Origin: an uncultured Clostridia bacterium
GTDB lineage: Bacteria; Bacillota; Clostridia; Christensenellales; CAMQZB01
Direction: 5' to 3'
DNA length: 64,000 nt
Assembly (NCBI GenBank): GCA_964541255.1
Contig: CAZIPL010000004.1
Location: forward strand, 424 to 64,423
The notes beneath the pieces are model-generated. The model did no database searches. It worked only from the letters and a program-made list of their open reading frames with translations, and was not told the DNA's origin. Positions 17,784 through 26,352 of the stretch are shown here, in pieces; the stretch's first letter is position 1; every line of letters begins with the position of its first letter. The translations under genes were made by a program, and so were the position numbers.

Positions 17784-18425
17784 CTATTCTTCTTTTGTTT
17801 CGGGAGTTTTGTCGTCGTATTTCGAAAACGCTTTATATAAAAGCTTGGAGTTTATGAAAGCTATGACGGCAAGTCCCAAGAACATCCAGAACGTCAATAG
17901 ATAATATGCCGAAAATTCCGCGAAAAAGTATAGCAAAATAAACGGGCAAAGATTGAGCGCAACGACAAGGATTGTCGTTGGAAGATGTGCTAACGAAAGC
18001 ATAAACGCGTTTTTAAGGTGCTGTCCGAACTTGTTGTTAAAGCGGCAAATCATAGGGAAGAGCCAGCTGAAAAACCCCGATACGATAAATAGAATTATGA
18101 AAAACAACGCTTGCATAACAGCCGAGCCGTAAAGCTTTTCGACAAAGACGATGTTGTAATCCATATATAAAAGCGCGGCGACAGCAAGTAGAATCAGCGT
18201 TCCGAAAAGCGATTGCACGAAGTTATTCTTGAATGCAACGAAGAATTGCTTAAAAACGTTGGAGTCTTTTTCTTCTTTGATTTTGAACATAACGTCATAC
18301 ATTGCCGAGAAAGACGCGCCTATCGTAACGACGGGTATGCAGCAAATAGTGAATATCACGTTGAGGATAATAAGGTCGAGAACTCTCGATAAAAATCTGT
18401 GGATCGGTCCGTCAAGCTTGAACAT
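17784..18425 (-). CDS. YesL-family (DUF624) membrane protein
   Basis: The N-terminus HRFLSRVLDLIILNVIFTICCIPVVTIGAS fits the DUF624 pattern. RBS AAGGAG. The gene lies 9 nt downstream of an AraC gene, as is common in sugar-utilisation loci. Confidence 0.7.
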   Translation of the reverse strand: MFKLDGPIHRFLSRVLDLIILNVIFTICCIPVVTIGASFSAMYDVMFKIKEEKDSNVFKQFFVAFKNNFVQSLFGTLILLAVAALLYMDYNIVFVEKLYGSAVMQALFFIILFIVSGFFSWLFPMICRFNNKFGQHLKNAFMLSLAHLPTTILVVALNLCPFILLYFFAEFSAYYLLTFWMFLGLAVIAFINSKLLYKAFSKYDDKTPETKEE

Positions 18426-18434
18426 TTTTTCTCC

Positions 18435-19640
18435 TTAAATATAATTTTCTTCTCTGTATTGTGCGGGCGTTATTCCCGTCAAACGCTTGAATGTGTTCTG
18501 AAAATGGCTTTGCGACGAAAACGCCAAATGATAAGAAATCTCCGACAGTGATTTGTTTGTCGTTTTCAAAAGCCTTTTTGCATCTTCTATTTTAAGCTCC
18601 AATATAAAAACCGCTAAGGTTTTCCCCGTAATGTGCTTAAACTTATTGCAAAGCTGCGTTCTGTTTATGTTAAGAGTTTGCGCGACGTCTTCCGTCGTAA
18701 CTCTCATATCGATGTTCTTTTGAATAAATTCCTTGACTTGGATCGCCAATTTATTGCCTTTAAGCCCGTATTTTTCGTCGGCGACTTTTTTAGTGAAATC
18801 AAGAAGTATTTTTGACGATAAGGCATTGAGTTTGTCTAAGCTGTCGGTGCTTTCTGCCGTTTGAATGAAGTGATCGCTCATCGAATATGCCGTTTCGGGG
18901 GAAACTCCGCCGCGAATCGCGGCGCGCGAAGCAAGAACCGTCGAAACTATCGTGATGTTTTTTGTTTGTCTTAAAGAGCTGTTTGCAAGCTTGCCTATTT
19001 CGAAATTTACCGACCATCCGTTCAAAGATAAATTGGTGAGCTCGTTGACGTTTCCTTCTTCTACTAAAGAATATAGCTTTTGCTCGAATTCCCAACTATT
19101 ATGAGGTCTTGCAGTGGCCCTTGTTTTTGATTTTTTCGGCGGCGGTTGAATGTCGAGGGTTTCTGCGGTTGTCATATTATTGCCGAAATAGTCTAACGGA
19201 TCGATATTCGTGTCTTTTGTGAATAGGTAACTAAGCGTGAAAAAGATCTTGTTGAAATTATCCGAAGTAAATTTTGTCGCATATGACAAATAGTCATAAA
19301 GCGGGTCGAGATATTCTCTCGGCTCGCCTAATCTTTGAAGTATTCTGAGACACTCGGGTCTATCTATGTCGCTTGTCGGAACGGGACCTATAACGTAAGT
19401 TACTATTTCCTCCGTTGGGGATGTATACTTTGCGATTCCGTAAAAATATAAACCGTCGTCTATGACGGAGAAATTCGTTTTTGTCGAAAAGATTTTGTTT
19501 GTTATGTTTTCGGCGGTATTGAAAGGAAGAGGCGAATTCGAGATACGCTTAACGAGAGTTTCTCCTTTGAAAAGAAACACTTGCCAGTTCGAAAAGTACG
19601 AAAGCATTGTGCATATAAATATGTGTTCGTCAATCGTCAT
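18435..19640 (-). CDS. AraC-family transcriptional regulator (paralog of 61411..62592)
   Basis: C-terminal HTH pair LKIEDAKRLLKTTNKSLSEISYHLAFSSQSHFQNTFKRLTGITPAQYR. It is divergent from the ABC sugar importer operon. Confidence 0.85.
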   Translation of the reverse strand: MTIDEHIFICTMLSYFSNWQVFLFKGETLVKRISNSPLPFNTAENITNKIFSTKTNFSVIDDGLYFYGIAKYTSPTEEIVTYVIGPVPTSDIDRPECLRILQRLGEPREYLDPLYDYLSYATKFTSDNFNKIFFTLSYLFTKDTNIDPLDYFGNNMTTAETLDIQPPPKKSKTRATARPHNSWEFEQKLYSLVEEGNVNELTNLSLNGWSVNFEIGKLANSSLRQTKNITIVSTVLASRAAIRGGVSPETAYSMSDHFIQTAESTDSLDKLNALSSKILLDFTKKVADEKYGLKGNKLAIQVKEFIQKNIDMRVTTEDVAQTLNINRTQLCNKFKHITGKTLAVFILELKIEDAKRLLKTTNKSLSEISYHLAFSSQSHFQNTFKRLTGITPAQYREENYI

Positions 19641-19769
19641 TTTTTTTCCATCCTTTCAAAATCTGTAATTATTATACAATGATTGAAACAGAAATGCAAT
19701 ACAAAACGGCATTTTTGTGTTAAGTTTATTTTATTGATGAAAAAAATTTGTGATTTTGGAGGAAAAATT

Positions 19770-20903
19770 GTGGCAGGACTTAGTTTGAGACATATATCGA
19801 AGGTATATGACAATAAGGTTAAAGCCGTTGATGATTTCTCGATGGAAATCGAGGACAAGGAATTTATCGTTTTCGTAGGACCGTCGGGTTGCGGAAAATC
19901 CACAACATTACGTATGATTGCGGGCTTAGAGGAAATAACCGACGGCGAGCTTTATATCGATGGCAGAAAGGTCAACGACGTAGAGCCTAAGGACAGAGAT
20001 ATTGCGATGGTATTCCAAAACTATGCGCTTTATCCGCATATGACGGTTTATCAGAACATTGCTTTCCCTCTTCGCATGAATAAGGTCCCTAAGGACGAAA
20101 TCAGGCGTAGGGTTATGGAGGTCGCGAAGATTCTCGACATCGAAGAGTATCTTGAAAGAAAGCCTAAGGCGTTGTCGGGCGGTCAAAGACAGAGAGTAGC
20201 ACTTGGACGCGCAATCATAAGAAAGCCCAAGGTTTACCTTTTGGACGAGCCTTTGTCTAACCTTGACGCAAAGCTAAGAGCTGCGATGAGAACGGAGATA
20301 AGCAAGCTTCACGAGGCATTGCAGATCACCTTTATTTACGTAACGCACGACCAAGTAGAAGCTATGACGATGGGAACGAGAATCGTCGTTATGAAAGACG
20401 GCGTCGTTCAGCAGATAGATACTCCGCAGAACCTTTACGATCATCCCGTCAATAAATTCGTAGGCTCCTTTATCGGAACGCCGCAAATGAACTTCTTCAA
20501 CGGAACGCTTCATGAAAACGGAGATCTCGTTTTCGCTAATAACCAAAAGATTAACCTTGGCGAAAGCAGAATGAAAACGCTTGAAAGCATCAATGGTTCG
20601 AGAGAGGTTTTTTTGGGAATCCGTCCCGAAGATATTCACTTAGCTGGCGAAAACGAAACCAACGTCGTCAAGGCGAGAATTGAAATCGTCGAAGCTCTCG
20701 GAAGCGAAAAACTCGTATATTCGGAGCTTGACTTAGTTAAGAAAACGGACAAGGTCGTTGACGAAAACGGTAACAATACGACGGTAACCGTCAAGCTCGG
20801 AGCGAGAGATCCCGCAACGAGAGGTGAGGTCGTCAACTTCACGTTCGACGTAGATCATTTGCACGTATTCGATAAAACGACAGAAAGAACGCTTTCGAAA
20901 TAA
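19770..20903 (+). CDS. Sugar ABC transporter ATP-binding protein (MsmK/MalK/UgpC-like)
   Basis: GTG at 19770 lies 6 nt after GGAGGA, giving VAGLSLRHISKVY, a typical MalK-type N-terminus. Walker A GPSGCGKST, LSGGQRQR and LLDEPLSNLD are present, with a C-terminal regulatory/TOBE-like domain. Confidence 0.9.
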   Translation: MAGLSLRHISKVYDNKVKAVDDFSMEIEDKEFIVFVGPSGCGKSTTLRMIAGLEEITDGELYIDGRKVNDVEPKDRDIAMVFQNYALYPHMTVYQNIAFPLRMNKVPKDEIRRRVMEVAKILDIEEYLERKPKALSGGQRQRVALGRAIIRKPKVYLLDEPLSNLDAKLRAAMRTEISKLHEALQITFIYVTHDQVEAMTMGTRIVVMKDGVVQQIDTPQNLYDHPVNKFVGSFIGTPQMNFFNGTLHENGDLVFANNQKINLGESRMKTLESINGSREVFLGIRPEDIHLAGENETNVVKARIEIVEALGSEKLVYSELDLVKKTDKVVDENGNNTTVTVKLGARDPATRGEVVNFTFDVDHLHVFDKTTERTLSK

Positions 20904-20914
20904 GGGGAACGGAT

Positions 20915-21856
20915 ATGGCAAAAACGAAAGAGGTTAACCTTTACGAGAAAAAGACGACGTGGAAACACGACTTCAAAATGAATTGGCGTTGGTACCTTAT
21001 GTTCCTTCCCGTCGCCGTATATTTTATAATTTTCAACTACGTTCCTATGGTCGGGCTTGCAATGGCTTTTGAAAACTACAAGCCGCAGCTCGGAATATTC
21101 GGGAGCGAATGGATTTGGTTCGACAACTTCATCAAGTTCTTCACCGATCCGAGCTTTTGGAAGCTTATGAGAAACACCTTTATGATAAGCCTTTTGGGAC
21201 TTGTCATAGGTTTCCCCGTTTCCATTATATTTGCCTTGCTTCTCAATGAAATAAGGCTCACTTGGTTCAAGAAAACCGTTCAGACGATTTCGTACCTTCC
21301 GTACTTCGTTTCGATGGTCGTTATCGCGGGGCTTATCATAGAGTTCGTTTCCACCAACGGCGTAATAACGAATTTCCTCGTCAATGTCTTCGGAATGGAA
21401 AGAGAAAACTTGCTCCAGAATCCCAAATATTTCTGGTGGATAAACCTTTTCTCCGATATTTGGCAGGGCATGGGTTACGGCTCAATAGTTTATATCGCTG
21501 CGATAACCAACGTAAACCAAGAGCTTTACGAGTCTGCCGCGCTTGACGGAGCAAACAGGCTTAAACGAGTTTGGCATGTTACTATTCCCAGCATTATGCC
21601 TACAATCGTAACGATGCTCGTTCTCCGTTGCGGAATGCTTATGACTGTCGGTTATGACAAGATTCTTCTTTTGTATAACCCCAGTATCTATGAAACCGCC
21701 GACGTTATTTCGACATACATCAACCGTCAGGCGTTCACGGGCGGAAAGTTCGGATATTCTGCCGCGGTAGGACTGTTCAATTCCGTAATCGGAACGTTGC
21801 TGCTTCTTCTTTCCAACTTCTTAAGCGGCAAGCTTGCGGATACGAAGGTGATTTAA
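20915..21856 (+). CDS. Sugar ABC transporter permease (LplB/YteP-like)
   Basis: 6-TM permease with EAA loop ESAALDGANRLKRVWHVTIP. RBS AAGGGGA. Confidence 0.85.
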   Translation: MAKTKEVNLYEKKTTWKHDFKMNWRWYLMFLPVAVYFIIFNYVPMVGLAMAFENYKPQLGIFGSEWIWFDNFIKFFTDPSFWKLMRNTFMISLLGLVIGFPVSIIFALLLNEIRLTWFKKTVQTISYLPYFVSMVVIAGLIIEFVSTNGVITNFLVNVFGMERENLLQNPKYFWWINLFSDIWQGMGYGSIVYIAAITNVNQELYESAALDGANRLKRVWHVTIPSIMPTIVTMLVLRCGMLMTVGYDKILLLYNPSIYETADVISTYINRQAFTGGKFGYSAAVGLFNSVIGTLLLLLSNFLSGKLADTKVI

Positions 21857-21868
21857 GGAGGGCGCGAT

Positions 21869-22759
21869 ATGATAGAAAAAACATCTGTTTCGAGAGTAAT
21901 TTTCAATATATTCAACTACGCGTTCATGATACTTATCGCTCTTGTTTGCATAATGCCACTTTGGCACGTTATCATGGCAAGCTTTTCCAATCCCCGTCTT
22001 TTGATGGGAAACAGCGGAATTATCTGGAAGCCTTTGGGTGAAATAACCTTAGACGGATATAAGCTCGTTTTGAATAACGAAAAAATCGGCACGGGTTATC
22101 TCAATACCATTATATACGTCGTAGCGACAACTCTTCTCGGCGGCGCTTTGACTCTCATTGCGGGATACGTTCTTTCAAGAAAGACGTTGAAGGCAAGAAT
22201 GCCGATGACGTTGTTTGTCGTCTTCACGATGATGTTCTCCGGCGGTCTTATCCCGACATATATGGTAATTCGTAGTTTAGGAATGCTCAATACCCGTTGG
22301 GCGATAATAATCCCGGGAGTTATCAATGCGTTCTATATTATAATGATGAAAAACAGCTTCGAACAGCTTCCGACAAGCTACGAAGAAGCCGCGCTTATCG
22401 ACGGAGCAAGCCCTACGAGAATTCTTATCGAGGTATTGATTCCCCTTGTCAAATCGACTATTGCGGTTGTCGTTATGTTCAATATCGTTCAGGTATGGAA
22501 CTCTTGGTATCCAGCGTCGATCTACTTGACGCTTAGAAGAGATTATTGGCCTTTGCAGCTTATCATGCGAGAGGTTTTGATAAACAACGATACGTCTAAG
22601 GTTCTTACGGCGCAAGACGCTTTGGGAGCTGCGGACTTGACGTCCAACTTGGTTAAGTATTGCGTAACGGTCGTAGGAACGCTTCCCGTTCTTTTGGCTT
22701 ATCCGTTCGCGCAGAAGTACTTTGTTAAGGGCGTTACATTAGGCGGAGTTAAGGGCTAA
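21869..22759 (+). CDS. Sugar ABC transporter permease (LplC/YtcP-like)
   Basis: EAA loop EEAALIDGASPTRILIEVLIP. RBS AAGGAGGG. Confidence 0.85.
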   Translation: MIEKTSVSRVIFNIFNYAFMILIALVCIMPLWHVIMASFSNPRLLMGNSGIIWKPLGEITLDGYKLVLNNEKIGTGYLNTIIYVVATTLLGGALTLIAGYVLSRKTLKARMPMTLFVVFTMMFSGGLIPTYMVIRSLGMLNTRWAIIIPGVINAFYIIMMKNSFEQLPTSYEEAALIDGASPTRILIEVLIPLVKSTIAVVVMFNIVQVWNSWYPASIYLTLRRDYWPLQLIMREVLINNDTSKVLTAQDALGAADLTSNLVKYCVTVVGTLPVLLAYPFAQKYFVKGVTLGGVKG

Positions 22760-22804
22760 AACAGCCTTTAATATAAAATATTTCAAATTAAATTTGGAGG
22801 AAAA

Positions 22805-24460
22805 ATGATGAAAAAAGTATTTGCAGTTTTGCTCGCAGTCGTTCTTCTTTTGTCTTGCGGATTATTGTCCGCTTGTCAGAAAGACGATAGTGACGGAGTA
22901 ATCACGGTTTGGCTTTACGGTGACGATTTGAATTATTATCCCGATTATAATTCAAATCCTATCGTTACTACTATTGAGAAGAAGTTCGGCGTGGACATTC
23001 AGTTCCAGATCCCTGCGCTCGGAAGTGAAAGCGATAACTTCAACCTTATGCTCGGAACGGGCGATTATACCGACGTAATATCTCTTGCGTATTCTCCCGA
23101 TACGGCTGCGGTTCTTTATGAAGACGGAGTTATCGTCGATATCGCACCTTACTTAGAGGAATATATGCCTAACTATTGGAAATATCTCAACGATAACCCC
23201 GAGGCTAAGGCTGCTATAACGGACGACGAAGGACATATTTTCAACATCTTGACGGCGTCTAAAACCGAAGACGAAACGATGTGGGGCGGACTTGTTTATC
23301 GTCGCGACATCATCGAGACCATGACCGGTGGATATGTATCTTTCCCGAGCGGAAACGAAGAGCCTACGACCATCGAAGATTGGGAATATATGCTCGGACT
23401 TTTCCAGATGTATTTCGAAGCTGCTAAGCTTAACGGCGGAAGCGCAGACTATGCATGCCTTATTCTTCCTTACAACGGATATTTCTACGGCGGCGAGCTT
23501 ATCTCGGGCTTCGGAATCGGAACCGCTGCGATAGCTGTCGAAAACGGTAACGTATATTTGGGCGCAACGAGAAACGAGTTCAGAAATTATCTTGAAAAGA
23601 TGCACGAATGGTACGAAAAAGGCTGGATTTATCAAGATTTCGCGTCGAGAGTTAACGATTCGTTCTATCTCCCCAATACGGCTTTGACATACGGCAATGC
23701 CGCTGGTATTTGGTACGGAATCGCAGGCGCTCAGGCGGGTTCGGCTATGAGTATGCCTCAATACGGCTTATACTATGACGTTCAGCCTCTCAGAACTCCT
23801 CTTGATACCGAACACGGCGTTACGGAATCTCACGCACTTTTGAATTGGACAAACTTCAGCTCGAGCAGCGGTTATGCAATTACGACAAAGTGCGGAAAAC
23901 AAGATATGTTAGACTTCATGACCGCAATGGATTGGCTTTTCACCGAAGAGGGCGGAATGATCGTAACGTTGGGTCTTACCGAAGAATATGCTAAGGATAA
24001 CGAAGTATATCAAAAGCTCGGTCTTGAAAAGGGCGTTTGGGGCTATAACGATGACGGTACGCTTTGGTTTGACGAAAGAGTTCGTGGCGAAAATGCGACT
24101 ATTGAAAACGGAGACCTCGTCGGAATCAGACTCCCCGGTCATAAACATCCCGAAATCGAAAAACAGTTTGCTGCCGAAATCGTTCTTAAGTGCGACGAAG
24201 TTTGGACGGAATGCGGAAGAGATTGGAATTATCCCGCAGAAATCGTACTCAATTCCGAACAGAACGAAGTTCACTCCGAGTATTATCAGAACATTATGGA
24301 CTGCATAGCGCAGTACGCACAGAAGTTCATTATGGGTACGCTTGAGCTTAACGACGCTAACTGGGCTAAGTTCCAGAACGCCCTCAAGACTTTCCACGTA
24401 GACGAATATGTCAAAGTATATCAGGAAGCATACGACAATTACGTTTCTAAGATGAACTAA
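22805..24460 (+). CDS. Large extracellular solute-binding lipoprotein (LplA/YtcQ-like, family 1)
   Basis: Lipobox GLLSAC follows MMKKVFAVLLAVVLLL. At about 550 aa it has the size typical of LplA-type oligosaccharide binders. Terminator at 24548-24577. ATG at 22808 is an alternative start. Confidence 0.8.
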   Translation: MMKKVFAVLLAVVLLLSCGLLSACQKDDSDGVITVWLYGDDLNYYPDYNSNPIVTTIEKKFGVDIQFQIPALGSESDNFNLMLGTGDYTDVISLAYSPDTAAVLYEDGVIVDIAPYLEEYMPNYWKYLNDNPEAKAAITDDEGHIFNILTASKTEDETMWGGLVYRRDIIETMTGGYVSFPSGNEEPTTIEDWEYMLGLFQMYFEAAKLNGGSADYACLILPYNGYFYGGELISGFGIGTAAIAVENGNVYLGATRNEFRNYLEKMHEWYEKGWIYQDFASRVNDSFYLPNTALTYGNAAGIWYGIAGAQAGSAMSMPQYGLYYDVQPLRTPLDTEHGVTESHALLNWTNFSSSSGYAITTKCGKQDMLDFMTAMDWLFTEEGGMIVTLGLTEEYAKDNEVYQKLGLEKGVWGYNDDGTLWFDERVRGENATIENGDLVGIRLPGHKHPEIEKQFAAEIVLKCDEVWTECGRDWNYPAEIVLNSEQNEVHSEYYQNIMDCIAQYAQKFIMGTLELNDANWAKFQNALKTFHVDEYVKVYQEAYDNYVSKMN

Positions 24461-24547
24461 TTGGCTATCTAAAAGCATTTTAATAGCTTTGATAAACTAA
24501 ACTAACTAAAAAGCAATTGAATGACTTTTTAACCTTAAACCCCTTGA

Positions 24548-24577
24548 AAAGGCACGGATTTTCTCCCGTGCCTTTTC
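24548..24577 (+). terminator. Intrinsic terminator
   Basis: AAAGGCACGG-loop-CCGTGCCTTT followed by TC. Confidence 0.7.
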
Positions 24578-24700
24578 GCATGCGTTTATACTTGGTTTTT
24601 AATTATGATAAACACTCATAGGGCGGTTTAACTTTCATTGAAAAAGGCTCCCCACAACGTAAAAGGAGCCTATAATAAGGATAGTTATTATTAAACCGAC

Positions 24701-24725
24701 GGCGGTAGCAGAGCCACCGCCCTAC
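24701..24725 (+). repeat. GGCGG-N-CCGCCCTAC module
   Basis: GGCGGTAGCAGAGCCACCGCCCTAC. Confidence 0.45.
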
Positions 24726-24820
24726 GTGTAGGAAAGATTGAAAGTTGTTTTAAACTTATATACTATCATTTACTCGTCATAAACATAACGTTAATACTAT
24801 TGAAATCATTCTTTAACCAG

Positions 24821-24846
24821 TAGGGCGGAGGCTTCTCATTGCCGCC
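24821..24846 (-). repeat. GGCGG-N-CCGCCCTA module, inverted orientation
   Basis: The reverse complement, GGCGGCAATGAGAAGCCTCCGCCCTA, differs from the 14468 copy at one position. A partial CTCATAGGGCGG lies at 24615-24626. Confidence 0.5.
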
Positions 24847-24859
24847 GAAATTAAAACAA

Positions 24860-24912
24860 GGCTCTCTTAGCAAGGGAGCCGGCTCGGCATCTCCGAAAGA
24901 CTAAAGGGATTG
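24860..24912 (+). repeat. Double-hairpin + AAAGGGATTG module (degenerate copy)
   Basis: GGCTCTCTT-AGC-AAGGGAGCC hairpin, a short TCGG...CCGA hairpin, then GACTAAAGGGATTG. Confidence 0.45.
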
Positions 24913-25082
24913 ACATATCGCCACGATAAAAACTTTTTTATGGGGCTGTCTGCGAAAAATTAAAGGCATTGACTATTGCCACGGCGATTGTGTAAAGTTA
25001 ACAAAAAATACGATCCCACCGACACGGCGTTATAGTGCCGTGTTACCCCCCCTTTGTGAAAAGGAGGTAGAGAAATAAGGAA

Positions 25083-25128
25083 GGCTCCCTTTGAAGGGAG
25101 CTGTCGCTATAAGGCGACTGAGGGATTG
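25083..25128 (+). repeat. Double-hairpin + TGAGGGATTG module (46 nt)
   Basis: GCTCCCT-TTGA-AGGGAGC, GTCGCT-ATAA-GGCGAC, TGAGGGATTG. It matches 44630-44675 at 44 of 46 positions. Confidence 0.6.
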
Positions 25129-25171
25129 TTGCCTATATTAAAAAATTAAATTTTTTTCCAAAATTACTTTT

Positions 25172-25411
25172 TCAAATCGAAAGATTGTCGTATAAAAACA
25201 AATCGGAAGAAAGGAATTCGCTCACCGACATATCGAATCCGTCGGCGATAATCACCAATGTTTTCAAGGTAACGCCCTTTGTTTTGCCTTTCATAATGCT
25301 TTTGAGTGTTTCGTGCGAAAGCCCGCACTTTTGTTCGAGCTTGTATTGCGTCATGTTGCACTTTTTAAGAAGCTCCTTTGTTCTTATGGTGACTGCTTCG
25401 TTAATGTGCAT
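25172..25411 (-). CDS. XRE-family (Cro/CI-type) HTH transcriptional regulator, 79 aa
   Basis: HTH segment MTQYKLEQKCGLSHETLKSIMKGK. RBS AAGGAG. It is divergently oriented to the sipW-type cassette. Confidence 0.8.
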   Translation of the reverse strand: MHINEAVTIRTKELLKKCNMTQYKLEQKCGLSHETLKSIMKGKTKGVTLKTLVIIADGFDMSVSEFLSSDLFLYDNLSI

Positions 25412-25425
25412 AATTATTTTTCTCC

Positions 25426-25447
25426 TTATAACATTTGTCAGTTATAA
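25426..25447. promoter_or_regulatory. Inverted repeat TTATAAC-N8-GTTATAA next to the XRE gene start (candidate operator)
   Basis: Perfect 7-bp arms at 25426-25432 and 25441-25447, 15 nt upstream of the XRE ATG on the minus strand. The context is AT-rich, so chance occurrence is possible. Confidence 0.3.
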
Positions 25448-25496
25448 GTGTATAATTATTTATTTTAATATTACGGGTTAAATTTCACCCAAATGC

Positions 25497-25526
25497 TTGA
25501 CAATAGGCGTTTGCAAGATATACAAT
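25497..25526 (+). promoter_or_regulatory. Putative sigma-A promoter of the cargo-sipW-cargo unit
   Basis: TTGACA (25497-25502), then TATACA or TACAAT at 16-18 nt spacing (25519-25526). This would give a leader of about 215 nt. Confidence 0.45.
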
Positions 25527-25744
25527 GAGTTAAAAATAACCCATAATTCGATATTATGTTACAAAGCGAAACAACTCGACTTGTGTGCATATATAAAACG
25601 CTTTTATTTTGAATGTGTCGATGTTTCGCCTTTCGATAGGCTTTTGTTGAAGATTTTATTTAGATGGGCATATAAGTTTCAGATTTATTTAGACCTTTTG
25701 GCAAGTGAAGCTTGCTTGAAATAAAAAGGAAAGGAGAAAAGAAT

Positions 25745-26305
25745 ATGAAAAAACTAAGCGTTATTATCGCATTATGCCTCGTTCTCACGATCGGCGGCGT
25801 CTATGCAACATTTAGCTATGCGACGGAAAATGTTGACTCTAAATCTGGAGATGTCGGAATAACACTGGCGCAAGCTGTAACTGATACTCCTAAAGGAACA
25901 ATAAATATGTTGTTAACTGATAATCCGGGAATTACTATTGACGATGCGGGTTATCTTGAAAAAGGCGATGGGTATCAGACTTATGTAGTTGGCGGACATG
26001 TAAATGGAACGTTAAAGTTGAGCTTTACGCCTAACTCTGGTTCTGGCACAACTCATATTAAAGTAAAAGTGACTGTAACCACATCGTTTGAAAATAGTTA
26101 TAATGATGACGGAACTAATAAACGAATACTTAATTTAAGCGAATACACTAATGATGCTCTATTGTCAGAAATTACTATCCCCCTATCCGATTTAATTCAA
26201 ATAAATGGTGACATTACACTTTCAACATATAACAAATATCAAAACTATAGTGACGCATTAGGAAATAATCCGACAATCACCATTACGGTTGAAGAGGTTG
26301 AATAA
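25745..26305 (+). CDS. Secreted protein of unknown family, putative SipW substrate (cargo A)
   Basis: ATG at 25745 follows AAAGGAAAGGAGAAAAG. The N-terminus MKKLSVIIALCLVLTIGGVYATFSYATE is a signal-peptide-like h-region ending in the GGVYA/TFSY motif shared with cargo C. The mature part is Thr/Asn/Gly-rich and beta-like. Confidence 0.6.
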   Translation: MKKLSVIIALCLVLTIGGVYATFSYATENVDSKSGDVGITLAQAVTDTPKGTINMLLTDNPGITIDDAGYLEKGDGYQTYVVGGHVNGTLKLSFTPNSGSGTTHIKVKVTVTTSFENSYNDDGTNKRILNLSEYTNDALLSEITIPLSDLIQINGDITLSTYNKYQNYSDALGNNPTITITVEEVE

Positions 26306-26352
26306 TCAGAATAGCTTGTTTTTTTAAGGTCAATACAAATAAAATCTAAACT

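Noticed and set aside
24581-25171. Possible CRISPR array, given the many short GC-rich palindromic units.
   Set aside because: The units are of several unrelated sequences, in mixed orientation, with irregular spacing and no constant repeat length. No cas genes are nearby.
25172-25411. Calling the XRE gene sinR.
   Set aside because: Only the HTH class and genomic position match. The protein is 79 aa and lacks the C-terminal SinR/SinI multimerisation helix pair, and no sinI-like antagonist ORF is evident. I therefore assign no gene symbol.
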